A DNA stretch of 64,000 bases from Ignavibacteriota bacterium. Its GTDB lineage: Bacteria > Bacteroidota > Ignavibacteria > UBA10030 > SZUA-254. The notes beneath the pieces were generated by a model. That model worked only from the letters and a program-made list of their open reading frames with translations. It searched no databases and was not told the DNA's origin. Each line of letters opens with the position of its first letter. Positions within the stretch are counted from its first letter, which is position 1. Of this stretch, positions 10,701-19,284 are shown one piece after another. The stretch is from the NCBI GenBank assembly GCA_025358305.1, contig JANYJZ010000030.1, positions 96,382-160,381 on the forward strand, read 5' to 3'. A program made the position numbers and the translations under genes.

Positions 10701-10798
10701 AGCCTCTCGCCATCGCCGTCATCGGCGGGTTCTCGGTGTCGAGCCTGCTCCTGTTCTTCGCTCTACCGCCGTTATACCGCTCTCTGAGGCGCGGGTAG
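7748..10798 (+). CDS. RND efflux pump inner-membrane subunit (CzcA/HME-like)
   Basis: 1016 aa with 12 transmembrane helices and large periplasmic loops of the AcrB/CzcA superfamily. The gene order OMF-MFP-RND mirrors czcCBA, and a CDF transporter sits next to it. Confidence 0.85.
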   Translation: MSIFAYCHRHRKALLFTIAVLTAAGVGMMLHLPISLFPDITFPRIVIVADNGSEPAARMMVEVTKPLEEVATAVPGVKYVRSTTSRGSTEISIGLDWGSDVQQTLGLLQGRIANIRNALPTTASIRSEQMTVAIFPIEGYSLTSDSLSLVELRDIALYQIRPALLKVAGVAHVDVTGGDTREFLVTVNPERLAAYRLTVQQVSDAVEHTNFVASTGLLNDNYQLYLSLVSGLISSVDDVARIIVAVRNGVPVHVRDVAEVKPSVADLFIRTTAHGRDAVLISILKQPNGSTVRISSDITEAMRRLSLPAGAHFENFYDQGSFISGSIAGVRDSMLIGVGLAMVIVLVFLRSWRLTLIILLVVPATIAVTFLCLGALGKTINIMTLGGIAAAVGLIIDDSIVIIEHIFTRFARLDRSSHTAEGFARNADSSIRSLMPAIIGSTASTIVIHIPLAFLGGVTGAFFASLSITMVCALTISFLLSITLAPLLASSLLRESDIAREVAHEHRESTLARLYGRCVAFSLKYRFALLPAAAVIVFVAFTFYTRLGSEFLPEMDEGTFILDYLSPPGTSLAETNRMLGHVETILQATPEVESYSRRTGTQLGFFITEPNVGDYTVKLHEGRSRSIEDVMNGVRDEVRSNEPSLQIDFFQLMTDVIGDLTNSPSPIEIKLFGDDALALQATAQQARQLIETVPGVVDAFDGIVISGPSLIIRVDQEKAALAGFTPQDVLSQTENIMEGRIDTKVQRGEKLIGVHVRYPDAYRQDIARLTAVSLVAPGGALVPLRSIARIDRVAGEAEIKRDQLQQLIAVTARTSGRDLGSTMADIKKLLAGKLRLPPSVSVEFGGIYQTQQESFTGLALVALSALLLVVIVLLFEFGEFTIPLSIFLINAMSLAGVFAALWLTNMTLNVSSLVGIILIIGIVAENAIFIFHMIQQFEREGVSIDDAISRAMAVRARPIVMTTLAAILALLPLALGIGAGAQMQQPLAIAVIGGFSVSSLLLFFALPPLYRSLRRG

Positions 10799-10841
10799 AG
10801 GTTCGTTCGGGGGGGCGGGGCGCTTGATGTCGGAAAGTGGC

Positions 10842-10859
10842 CGTACGGAGCTCCGTACG
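10842..10859. terminator. Perfect 18-nt palindrome between the convergent RND and CDF genes (candidate bidirectional terminator hairpin)
   Basis: cgtacggag/ctccgtacg. There is no T-tract on either side. Confidence 0.35.
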
Positions 10860-10881
10860 CGACGATGGTGCGTGCGGTAGG

Positions 10882-11814
10882 TCAGGCGTGCGGACGATCG
10901 GTGCGGTCCAACGCGACGTCGTCCCAAGAGCTCGGGTCATCCGAGGATTCAAGGTGGGTGAACACGGTTGCATTTTCAATGGCGGCGCGGATGTCATTCT
11001 CGATCTTTTCGAGAAGTTGGTGTCCGTCGTGGACGGTCCATTGGCCGGGAACAAGGACATGGACAGAAATAAACCTCCGGGAGCCCGCTTGCCTCGTTCG
11101 CAGAGCGTGATAGGACACATCTGAGGAAGCGTACGTGTGAAGGATCCGTTCCACTTTCTTCTGTTCCTCGTCTGGCAGCGATATATCCATCAGCCCTTCC
11201 ACCGATGTCCGAACGATGCCGAAGCCGGACCAGACGATGTTGCATGCGACACCAAGCGCGACGATCGCGTCGAGCGGAATCCAACCCGTCACAGACACAA
11301 CACCGACACCGAGAAGAACTCCCACCGACGTCCACACGTCGGTCATGAGATGGCGCGAATTTGCTTCAAGCGTGATGGAACGATATGTCCGACCGGCCCG
11401 TCGAAGGATCAGGGCCGTGCCAAAATTCACCAGTGAGGCCCCGACCGAGACGATCAATCCAAGCCCGATCTGCTCGATCGGTCTTGGATGGAAGAGCCGG
11501 TCGATTGCCGTAAAGCCGATGCTGAGTGCCGCTATCAGGATCAGCAATCCTTCAACGCCGCTCGAAAAATATTCCGCTTTGCTGTGTCCGTAGGAGTGGT
11601 CGTCATCGGCGGGACGCGATGCGATGGTCAGCATCGCCAGCGCCATGAACGCGCCGATGAGGTTCACAAGTGACTCAACCGCATCAGAAAGCAACCCAAC
11701 CGAACCGGTCAGCTTGTACGCGATCGTTTTAATTGCGATGGTAAGAATGGCGGCTCCGATAGAAAGCCAGGCATATCTCGTAAGGAATGTCCTATCGGGT
11801 GATTCCGGAGTCAT
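10882..11814 (-). CDS. Cation diffusion facilitator family transporter (CzcD/FieF-like)
   Basis: 310 aa with the CDF signature [12 protein letters not shown], six transmembrane helices, a C-terminal cytoplasmic domain and an HSYGHS motif. Confidence 0.85.
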   Translation of the reverse strand: MTPESPDRTFLTRYAWLSIGAAILTIAIKTIAYKLTGSVGLLSDAVESLVNLIGAFMALAMLTIASRPADDDHSYGHSKAEYFSSGVEGLLILIAALSIGFTAIDRLFHPRPIEQIGLGLIVSVGASLVNFGTALILRRAGRTYRSITLEANSRHLMTDVWTSVGVLLGVGVVSVTGWIPLDAIVALGVACNIVWSGFGIVRTSVEGLMDISLPDEEQKKVERILHTYASSDVSYHALRTRQAGSRRFISVHVLVPGQWTVHDGHQLLEKIENDIRAAIENATVFTHLESSDDPSSWDDVALDRTDRPHA

Positions 11815-12070
11815 CGTTCAATTCCACATATGGGTGAGCGACTTGTGAATTGCGGGAAGGAGGAGCGGTTTCCCCGCCCGCGCGTCAGGGTGAATGTACG
11901 ATTTTTTTGCCACGGAAAATGGCGCGGGGACCATGCGGATCACACATGCGGATCACGCCGATTGCGACGCGGGTGTGAGGGAATACGAGACCCACACGAA
12001 AAGGGAGGAAGGCGCGATCGGCTGACTGGGGGGGTCGAGGACGCTCCCGGTCCCGAGCCGGGAAACGACA

Positions 12071-12093
12071 CCGGGAGTCGTTTCGACTCCCGG
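12071..12093 (-). terminator. Perfect 10-bp hairpin just downstream of tRNA-Asn
   Basis: ccgggagtcg-ttt-cgactcccgg. The minus-strand T-tract is weak. Confidence 0.3.
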
Positions 12094-12103
12094 TTGGGCA
12101 ATG

Positions 12104-12175
12104 CTCCACAGGCGGGACTCGAACCTGCAACCCTCCGGTTAACAGCCGGATGCTCTACCATTGAGCTACTGTGGA
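12104..12175 (-). tRNA. tRNA-Asn (anticodon GTT)
   Basis: The minus-strand sequence TCCACAGTAGCTCAATGGTAGAGCATCCGGCTGTTAACCGGAGGGTTGCAGGTTCGAGTCCCGCCTGTGGAG folds as a cloverleaf. The D-arm is TAGCTCAATGGTAGAGC, the anticodon loop cTGTTAAc, the T-loop GGTTCGAGTCC, and the acceptor stem is 7 bp. The T-stem has one A-C mismatch. Confidence 0.8.
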
Positions 12176-12309
12176 ATGGTTCACAACGCTTGGGTCTGGG
12201 GGACAGTAGAATTACCCCAAAAAGACGGGCATTCACGAAGAGAACGCAATAATATATGAAAGTCCGTCAAGAATGTCAATATCCGCACTCTTGCCCGCTC
12301 TCCCCCCCC

Positions 12310-12348
12310 AAAAAAGCACATCCCCGATGAGACAAGTCTCCCGGGGAT
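12310..12348 (-). terminator. Intrinsic terminator-like hairpin plus T6 after the small Cys/His ORF
   Basis: On the minus strand atccccg/cggggat encloses a nested gagac-aa-gtctc hairpin and is followed by gtgcTTTTTTggggggg. A 4-nt spacer separates the stem from the T-tract. Confidence 0.4.
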
Positions 12349-12440
12349 TGTGTCGCCTTCGCTCTCTCGGGGATCGTGATTCTTAGTAGGAGGTGAAAAT
12401 CCGATCCGGATGAGGAAGAATTAAGACTCAATGCAGAGGA

Positions 12441-12716
12441 TCAGCCGTTCACGAAGGGATGCCGGCCCATCGGGTGTGGCCTTCCGCTCTCCTGCGCGTC
12501 CGGCAGCGTGATCGCATGACTCTTGTTCCGGCCCGGGCGCCGCACTCCCCTCTTGATATGATGATCATAACAGAGGACCGTTCCCATATACGCCTCCTGT
12601 CCACAGAGCATACATTGGCCGTCCCGCACTTTGCGGAGCTGATACTTGCGCTGCCGGGAGAGGGGGAGATCAGCGACCTCGTCGGCGACCTTGCGCCGGT
12701 TGTTTCTGTTGTCCAT
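12441..12716 (-). CDS. Hypothetical small Cys/His-rich protein (91 aa), possibly zinc-binding
   Basis: GC3-rich codon usage consistent with coding. It carries a C-x2-C ... C-x2-HH motif (QCMLCGQEAYMGTVLCYDHH). It lies 63 nt downstream of the GT28 gene on the same strand and is followed by a terminator-like hairpin. No family was recognised. Confidence 0.4.
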   Translation of the reverse strand: MDNRNNRRKVADEVADLPLSRQRKYQLRKVRDGQCMLCGQEAYMGTVLCYDHHIKRGVRRPGRNKSHAITLPDAQESGRPHPMGRHPFVNG

Positions 12717-12779
12717 GAAGGTACCCTTGACGAAGGTGAAAAATGCGTGTGACGGGCGAGAGAATGATGAAGCGCCGGA

Positions 12780-13916
12780 TCACGCGGCGTTGAATCTCAC
12801 AATATAGTCCGATACCTGATGCACGCCATTGACAAGGTGTGCCCGCGCGATGTTCTGATGGAACGAGTCGAACAGCTGGGCATCGCTGAAGAGCTTGTGA
12901 ACCCACGAGGAGAGCTTCTCTGTGTCCTGTTCGTAGATGCCCATGCGGTTCTGGCACAGATAATCGACGTTCCCCTTCTCCTGCTCCCACAGATAGTTGT
13001 TCACGATCGGGATCTTTCCAGCGAAGAGTGTCTCCATGAACATCGACGCACCGCACTTCGTGATGACGATGTCGGAGGCCTGGAGGATCTCGTGGACGGA
13101 ATCAACGTAACCAAACACGTGGAGCCGGTCCAGCCTCACTGATGCCTTGAGCGCCGCGATCCGCTCCCGCATGGCGTGATTTTTGCCGCAGACCACGGCG
13201 ATCTCCGCCTCGGGATTCCTGCGAAGAAGGTGCTTCACGATCTGCGTCCCCTTGGGGATGCCGTCAGCGCCGCCGATAATGAGAATGAGTCTCCTCTCCG
13301 GGTGGAAACCCCAGCGCCGGCGGAGGACGTCCTTCGACCCGGCGGGGGCGCCGAACCGCTCGTTCAAGATGAACGGGAACACCGTGAGCCTGTCCTGCCT
13401 GATCTCCTTCTGCAGGCAGTGCGTGCGCAATTGCTCGCTGAAAACGATGAAGTGGTGGTCCTTGTCCAGGAACCAGAGCGGGTGCGCGGTGAACGGGTCC
13501 GTCACGACGACGAGCGTCGGGATCGCCAGAGCATGCCTGGCGAGTATCTCCTTGACCGGCCGGATCAGGAAGAAATGGAAGATCACGATCTTTTCCGGGA
13601 GTTCCGACAGGATGCGGCGCTCCAGGTAGGGTGTAACGAAGAACGAGACGATCCGCGCATTCGCGCGGGCCACGAACGGCCACTTGTTGACATAATAGAG
13701 GAGCGCGTAGATCCAACGGCCGTACGCCTGCAGGAGCCTGTAACCGTCCTCGATGCAGCGCCGGATCGCCGCCGGGGCCTCGCCCAGGCCGTCGATGAGC
13801 ACCGGTTCGTGGATCTCCGGATATCGCGTCTTCAGCAATGACGTCACGGAGCTTGCGGGAGCGAGGTGGCCGCCGCCCGTCTTCAGGTAGAGAAAGAAAT
13901 ACGGCCTGTTCGTCAT
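12780..13916 (-). CDS. MGDG synthase / UgtP-like diacylglycerol glycosyltransferase (GT28 family)
   Basis: The N-terminal part resembles the MGDG-synthase domain (YFFLYLKTGGGHLAPA, VVTDPFTAHPLWF). The C-terminal part matches Glyco_tran_28_C (LILIIGGADG, VVCGKN, ITKCGASMFMETLFAGKIPIV). The start is set to M17 (MTNRPYFF). Confidence 0.7.
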   Translation of the reverse strand: MTNRPYFFLYLKTGGGHLAPASSVTSLLKTRYPEIHEPVLIDGLGEAPAAIRRCIEDGYRLLQAYGRWIYALLYYVNKWPFVARANARIVSFFVTPYLERRILSELPEKIVIFHFFLIRPVKEILARHALAIPTLVVVTDPFTAHPLWFLDKDHHFIVFSEQLRTHCLQKEIRQDRLTVFPFILNERFGAPAGSKDVLRRRWGFHPERRLILIIGGADGIPKGTQIVKHLLRRNPEAEIAVVCGKNHAMRERIAALKASVRLDRLHVFGYVDSVHEILQASDIVITKCGASMFMETLFAGKIPIVNNYLWEQEKGNVDYLCQNRMGIYEQDTEKLSSWVHKLFSDAQLFDSFHQNIARAHLVNGVHQVSDYIVRFNAA

Positions 13917-14018
13917 GTCGTCACCCTCATCCTCTGTTGGCATGCTTGAACATACGAAACACACAACACGGAATGATGACCGGAATGTTACCTTCCTGTT
14001 GTGAGTGTCACGGACGCA

Positions 14019-15446
14019 TCAGCGCAAGAGCGGCGAATCATCCGCATGCGTTCTCCCTTCGCGGAGGATGTCCAGGATCTTGTAGGTGCCGAGTTTCCGC
14101 GCCTTGAGGAACCCCGCCCAGGCGGCTTCGGCGAACCTGCCGTTCTCGAGTAGATCGAAGAGCCACTGGTCGGTGTACTCAGGGTTCTCCTGCTTGATCC
14201 CGGCCTGGATCTCGAGGAGCCACTTTTGATTGAAGTACTCCTGGGACCCGATCGCAGGGGAGATGATGAGCGGTATTCCCAGGCCGCAGTAGAACGAGAG
14301 TTCGCTCGGCTTCGACCAGAGGATGTCCGTTGTCCTGAGCGTTTCGTTGAAGAGTGCGTAGTACCGTTCGAACGATTCGCCGAAAACGATGTTGATGCTC
14401 CGGGACGGGCCCCCACCGACCTCGCGCCGGACCTCTTCGAAGTACTCCCGCACCGCCGGCGCCGTTCCGGCGACGAGGTTCAGTACCATCTCCCCGGACT
14501 CGAGCTTCGATCGGAGGCTCACGGCGATCTTCTTCCCTATCTCCTTCTGGGCTTCCGCACCGCCGACCGCGAAGGTGAGCGTCAGCGCGCGGTGCTTCCA
14601 GGGGATGCAGTGCTCCTCGCCGAGGATGTGCTCGACGTTCTTGTTGTGCAGCGGCCAGAATCGTTGGTTCGGGTCGAGATAGTGCAGCCGCTGTCCGAGA
14701 TCGGTCTTCAAGGTCGAAAGATCGCGGCCGCCGAGGAGTTCCTCCGGCAGCGGAAACCCCGTCAGATGGATGCGGTCATGCGGCACGCCGTATGACTGGA
14801 GGCGTTGCGCCGCCTTGCCGCAGGGCGCGAAGTAGAGGATGCGGCTTTCCCATGGGTCCTTCGACACCCAGACCCGATTCAGGTCCGCATCGCAAATGAT
14901 GCAGTAGACCGGCCGCAGTCCCCGCAGGTCGGCCGCGATGGCCGGCGCATAGAAGGATGTGACGACCGGGAGCGGATGCTCCGCCACTCTCCGCAGCACT
15001 CCCGTACAGAGCCCGCGCCGGATGAACGACTCGAGCGCGTGCACCTGGAACGTGCTCTGCGAGAGGTTCCGAATGGGATAGAACGACGGAATGTAGAGAA
15101 ACCGGTTGAGGATCTTGAAGAGGTACTTACCAATCCAGGGAATCCCCTTCGCACGGGAGAATCTCGCGTAGACGGCGAGGATCTTCTTCCAGAGCTTCTT
15201 CTCTCGGGGGGTCGAACCGTCGTTCTCGCCGAGCGTGATGATCTCCCGGTAGGCGATCTCGTGGAGGGGAAGAATGGCCCGCAGATGCCCGTATCCCATG
15301 TTGGCCGAGACGAGCCACACCTTGCCTTTGCCGCTGCGCGGGTCCTCCCCGCGCCGCTGCGGCGCTCCCTGCCGTACGGATGATTCGATCTCGTTGTCTT
15401 CGTGCACTGGTTGATGGGGGCGATCGCTGGAGGCGGGAACCGTCAA
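14019..15446 (-). CDS. Second MGDG-synthase/UgtP-like GT28-family glycosyltransferase (paralogue)
   Basis: The N-terminus VWLVSANMGYGHLRA matches the UgtP GYGNGH motif. Further motifs VVTSFYAPAIAADL...ICDADLNRVWV...IHLTGFPLPEEL follow the MGDG-synthase domain pattern. Its start overlaps the upstream gene stop (ATGA). Confidence 0.55.
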   Translation of the reverse strand: MTVPASSDRPHQPVHEDNEIESSVRQGAPQRRGEDPRSGKGKVWLVSANMGYGHLRAILPLHEIAYREIITLGENDGSTPREKKLWKKILAVYARFSRAKGIPWIGKYLFKILNRFLYIPSFYPIRNLSQSTFQVHALESFIRRGLCTGVLRRVAEHPLPVVTSFYAPAIAADLRGLRPVYCIICDADLNRVWVSKDPWESRILYFAPCGKAAQRLQSYGVPHDRIHLTGFPLPEELLGGRDLSTLKTDLGQRLHYLDPNQRFWPLHNKNVEHILGEEHCIPWKHRALTLTFAVGGAEAQKEIGKKIAVSLRSKLESGEMVLNLVAGTAPAVREYFEEVRREVGGGPSRSINIVFGESFERYYALFNETLRTTDILWSKPSELSFYCGLGIPLIISPAIGSQEYFNQKWLLEIQAGIKQENPEYTDQWLFDLLENGRFAEAAWAGFLKARKLGTYKILDILREGRTHADDSPLLR

Positions 15447-16354
15447 TTGAGCACCAGCTCCCCCGGCGCCAGGAGACCGGGCGCCGCCGAATGCGCCGGC
15501 AGTTCCGTCGGCTGCGGGGCCAGCGAACCGTGAAAGCGATTGAGGTGGACGGCGCCGTTCCGGACGCTGAGAAAACTGGGGGGGGACTCCGTCCAGCAGC
15601 CGCTGTTGAGATACTCAACGGCGCCGTCGACGAACCGTTCCGCGTGGTGCGTATGGCCGCAGCAGACCATGTCCGCGCCTTTTAGCCTGGCATAGGCGAT
15701 GGATTCGACCCTGATCTTCCGGATGCACCGCAAGAAGACCTTCGTGTTGCTCTTCGCGAACCGGGCGACCCGGTGGGTGCGGTCCGTCCACTGGAGGAGG
15801 CGATAGACCAGGTCCGCCAGGAGCGTGATCGTCGGATACATGTTGATGAAGTCGTCGAACTGGTGTCCGTGAAGCACGAGCACTCGGCGGCCGCCAGTCT
15901 CGAACTCGTGTTCGTCCCGCACTTGGACGCCCAGCAGATGGGAGATCGTCTCCGCAGGCCCGTCGTGATTGCCGCACACCCAGGTGATCTCCATGCGGTC
16001 CGACAGCTTCCGGACGAGCGAGAGGATCTTCCAATGACGCTTGTTGAGCCGGCGAAAGTCGATGGAATCAAAGACGTCGCCGTTGAGAATGAGCCGGCGC
16101 GTCCGGATGTCGGAGCGCTCGAGGGATTCAAGGAATTCGATGATGGAGGCGTCCCGGCAGAGGGAGCTGCCGAGGTGGAGATCAGAGATGATGACCGCAT
16201 CGTGGAACGATGGATCGGTTGAGAGGAAGAATGTCGTCGGGTGGATCGGGCGAATTCGTTCCAAACACTTTCCTTCCAATCGTGAGCAATCGTGTTCGTT
16301 CGGGCAACCGTACACGCGAACCTTTGCGCTTGCATACACAAGATAGCATTTCAT
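15443..16354 (-). CDS. Calcineurin-like metallophosphoesterase (LpxH-like)
   Basis: Metallophosphoesterase motifs ISDLHLG, NGDVFD, GNHD, GHQFDD and GHTHH are all present. The start is uncertain: M44 (ATG at 16354) is used, with an in-frame TTG further downstream as an alternative. The ORF in the track extends to 16483. Confidence 0.65.
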   Translation of the reverse strand: MKCYLVYASAKVRVYGCPNEHDCSRLEGKCLERIRPIHPTTFFLSTDPSFHDAVIISDLHLGSSLCRDASIIEFLESLERSDIRTRRLILNGDVFDSIDFRRLNKRHWKILSLVRKLSDRMEITWVCGNHDGPAETISHLLGVQVRDEHEFETGGRRVLVLHGHQFDDFINMYPTITLLADLVYRLLQWTDRTHRVARFAKSNTKVFLRCIRKIRVESIAYARLKGADMVCCGHTHHAERFVDGAVEYLNSGCWTESPPSFLSVRNGAVHLNRFHGSLAPQPTELPAHSAAPGLLAPGELVLN

Positions 16355-16597
16355 ATTACCGGATGATGACGCCAAGATTAACCTTGTCGTAACACCTGCG
16401 GGAGCCCCGTCGATTCCCCCTGATTGGACCAGATCCGGCTCTCGCACGCGGAGGAGGAATATATTCTTCACTTTTGGGATCAATCCGCTCGTTCGCGGAG
16501 TATCATGAATGCAGTCTCCCGCCCATTCTTGGCCGCCTCCCCTCCCGGGGACCCCGCAGGGAGGCTTGAAGCGGGGGCAGGGACGTGATCCCCGTTC

Positions 16598-16626
16598 TTG
16601 ACCTTTCGCGTCGATTTGACTATATT
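16598..16626 (+). promoter_or_regulatory. Sigma-70-like promoter upstream of clpC
   Basis: TTGACC, a 17-nt spacer, then TATATT, about 70 nt upstream of the clpC ATG. Confidence 0.4.
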
Positions 16627-16697
16627 AAGGGAGAAAATACGCCGACGTCTGTGTTTCGGTGCGCGGTACATGTCGATTCTATGGATAGGGACTCAGA

Positions 16698-19199
16698 ATG
16701 GAAGGAAATTTCTCGAACAGGGTTCAGGATGTCATCCGGCTCAGCCGCGAGGAAGCGCTCCGGCTGGGTCACGACTACATCGGCACAGAACACCTCCTTC
16801 TCGGCGTCATCCGTGAAGGCGAGGGGATCGCGGTCAAGATCCTCCGCAATCTCGGCGTCGATCTCTACAAGCTGAAGAAAGCGATCGAGGACACGGTCCG
16901 CACATCGGGCGGAACGCTCACGATCGGCAACATCCCGCTGACGAAACAGGCCGAAAAGGTCCTGAAGATCACCTATCTCGAGGCAAAGCTCTATAAGTCC
17001 GACGTCATCGGGACGGAGCATCTCCTCCTCTCGTTGTTGCGGGACGACGACAACATCGCCGCCCAGATCCTCCACCAGTTCAACGTCCATTACGACGTCG
17101 TCCGCAACGAGCTCGACAACATCATCAGCGGCAAACCCTCGAACCCGCCCGCGGCCCCGGCCGCGGAGCGCCGCGCCGACAAGTCCAAGACACCGGTCCT
17201 CGACAACTTCGGCCGCGATCTCACGAAGCTCGGCATGGAAGACAAGCTCGACCCGATCGTCGGCCGCGAGAAGGAGATCGAACGCGTCGCCCAGGTCCTG
17301 AGCCGCCGGAAGAAGAACAACCCCGTCCTCATCGGCGAGCCCGGCGTGGGAAAGACCGCCATCGCCGAAGGCCTCGCGCTGCGCATCGTCCAGAAAAAGG
17401 TGTCGCGCGTCCTCCACGACAAGCGCGTGGTGACGCTCGACCTCGCCGCGCTCGTCGCGGGCACGAAGTACCGCGGCCAGTTCGAAGAGCGGATGAAGGC
17501 CGTCATGAACGAGCTTGAAAAGGCAAAGGACGTCATCCTCTTCATCGACGAACTCCATACGATCGTCGGCGCCGGAGGCGCGTCCGGATCGCTCGACGCT
17601 TCGAACATGTTCAAGCCGGCCTTGGCGCGCGGCGACCTCCAGTGCATCGGCGCCACGACGCTCGACGAGTACCGCCAGTACATCGAGAAGGACGGGGCCC
17701 TCGACCGCCGCTTCCAGAAGATCATGGTCGATCCGACCTCCGTCGACGAGACCATCCAGATCCTCAAGAACATCAAGCACAAGTACGAAGAGCACCACAA
17801 TATCCGCTACACGGACAAGTCGCTCGAATCCGCCGTGCGCTTAAGCGACCGCTACATCACGGACCGGTACCTCCCGGACAAGGCGATCGACGTCATGGAC
17901 GAAGCGGGGTCGCGCGTTCACCTCTCGAACATCCACGTCCCGAAGCAGATCCTCGAGCTCGAGGGCGAAGTGGAGAAGATCCGCCAGTCGAAGAACAACG
18001 TCGTAAAGAACCAGAATTTTGAGGAAGCGGCCCGCCTGCGCGACCTCGAGAAGAAGCACCTGAGCGATCTCGACCTCGCGAAGCGCGAGTGGGAGCTCAA
18101 GGCCCAAGAGACGATCTACGAGGTGAACGAAGAGACGATGGCCGATGTCGTCGCGATGATGACCGGCATCCCCGTCAATAAGATCGCCCAATCGGAATCC
18201 GACAAGCTCCTGAAGATGGAGGACGCCCTCACCGGCATCATCGTCGGCCAGGAGGAGGCGATCGTCAAGCTCAGCAAAGCCATTCGCAGGACGCGTGCAG
18301 GCCTGAAGGACCCGAAGCGGCCGATCGGCTCGTTCATCTTTCTCGGGCCCACCGGCGTCGGCAAGACGGAGATGGCGAAGGCCCTCGCCCGGTATCTCTT
18401 CGACACGGAAGAGGCCCTCATCCGCATCGACATGAGCGAGTACATGGAGAAGTTCAGCGTCTCCCGTCTCGTCGGCGCGCCTCCGGGCTATGTCGGATAC
18501 GAGGAAGGCGGCCAGCTCACCGAGAAGGTCCGCCGGAAGCCCTACTCCGTCGTCCTCCTCGACGAGATCGAGAAGGCGCATCCGGACGTGTTCAACATCC
18601 TCCTCCAGGTCCTCGACGACGGCATCCTCACCGACAGCCTCGGCCGCCGGGTGGATTTCAAGAACACGATCCTCATCATGACCTCGAACATCGGCGCGCG
18701 CGACATCAAGTCGACCGGCGGGTTCGGGTTCGGCGCGGACACGCCCAAGGACAACTACAAGTCGATGAAGAACACGATCGAGGACGCGGTAAAGCGCGTC
18801 TTCAACCCGGAGTTCCTCAACAGGATCGACGACACGATCGTGTTCCACAGCCTCGACCGGGGACACATCGACAAGATCATCGGGATCCAGATGAAGGAGC
18901 TCATCAAGCGCATGGTGCAGCTTGATATCAACATACAGCTGACGAAGCAGGCGAGGGAGTTCCTCGTGGACAAGGGGTTCGACCCGGCGTTCGGCGCACG
19001 GCCGCTGAAGCGCGCGCTCCAGAAGTACATCGAAGATCCGATAGCGGAAGAGATCCTGCGCAACAAGTTCGGCCAGGGCAGCCTCGTCAAGGTGCGCCTG
19101 AACAAGAAGACCGAGACGCTGAAGTTCAGCGAGGGATCGAAGCGCCGGAAGGACGCGCCGGCTGAACCGGAGAAGCCGCAGAGCGCCAGCGTGAGCTGA
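16698..19199 (+). CDS. clpC: ATP-dependent Clp protease ATP-binding subunit ClpC (Clp/Hsp100 AAA+)
   Basis: Two Clp_N repeats ([42 protein letters not shown]). Two AAA+ modules with Walker A motifs GEPGVGKT and [12 protein letters not shown]-like linker, and a ClpB_D2-small C-terminus. Confidence 0.9.
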   Translation: MEGNFSNRVQDVIRLSREEALRLGHDYIGTEHLLLGVIREGEGIAVKILRNLGVDLYKLKKAIEDTVRTSGGTLTIGNIPLTKQAEKVLKITYLEAKLYKSDVIGTEHLLLSLLRDDDNIAAQILHQFNVHYDVVRNELDNIISGKPSNPPAAPAAERRADKSKTPVLDNFGRDLTKLGMEDKLDPIVGREKEIERVAQVLSRRKKNNPVLIGEPGVGKTAIAEGLALRIVQKKVSRVLHDKRVVTLDLAALVAGTKYRGQFEERMKAVMNELEKAKDVILFIDELHTIVGAGGASGSLDASNMFKPALARGDLQCIGATTLDEYRQYIEKDGALDRRFQKIMVDPTSVDETIQILKNIKHKYEEHHNIRYTDKSLESAVRLSDRYITDRYLPDKAIDVMDEAGSRVHLSNIHVPKQILELEGEVEKIRQSKNNVVKNQNFEEAARLRDLEKKHLSDLDLAKREWELKAQETIYEVNEETMADVVAMMTGIPVNKIAQSESDKLLKMEDALTGIIVGQEEAIVKLSKAIRRTRAGLKDPKRPIGSFIFLGPTGVGKTEMAKALARYLFDTEEALIRIDMSEYMEKFSVSRLVGAPPGYVGYEEGGQLTEKVRRKPYSVVLLDEIEKAHPDVFNILLQVLDDGILTDSLGRRVDFKNTILIMTSNIGARDIKSTGGFGFGADTPKDNYKSMKNTIEDAVKRVFNPEFLNRIDDTIVFHSLDRGHIDKIIGIQMKELIKRMVQLDINIQLTKQAREFLVDKGFDPAFGARPLKRALQKYIEDPIAEEILRNKFGQGSLVKVRLNKKTETLKFSEGSKRRKDAPAEPEKPQSASVS

Positions 19200-19229
19200 C
19201 GCCGCTCGGGCGCCCCGAGAAGAAAAGAC

Positions 19230-19263
19230 AACCCCGCCCCGGCGATCCGGAGCGGGGTTTTTT
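19230..19263. terminator. Bidirectional intrinsic terminator between the convergent clpC and PD40 genes
   Basis: aaccccgc[cccggcgatccggag]gcggggtt followed by TTTTTT on the plus strand. The complement is also followed by a T-rich stretch. Confidence 0.65.
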
Positions 19264-19284
19264 ATGACCGGGCCGGATGAGGCC

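Noticed and set aside
16620-18866. Minus-strand ORFs 16620-17798 and 17841-18866 inside clpC
   Set aside because: Antisense to a highly conserved AAA+ gene. Low-complexity translation.
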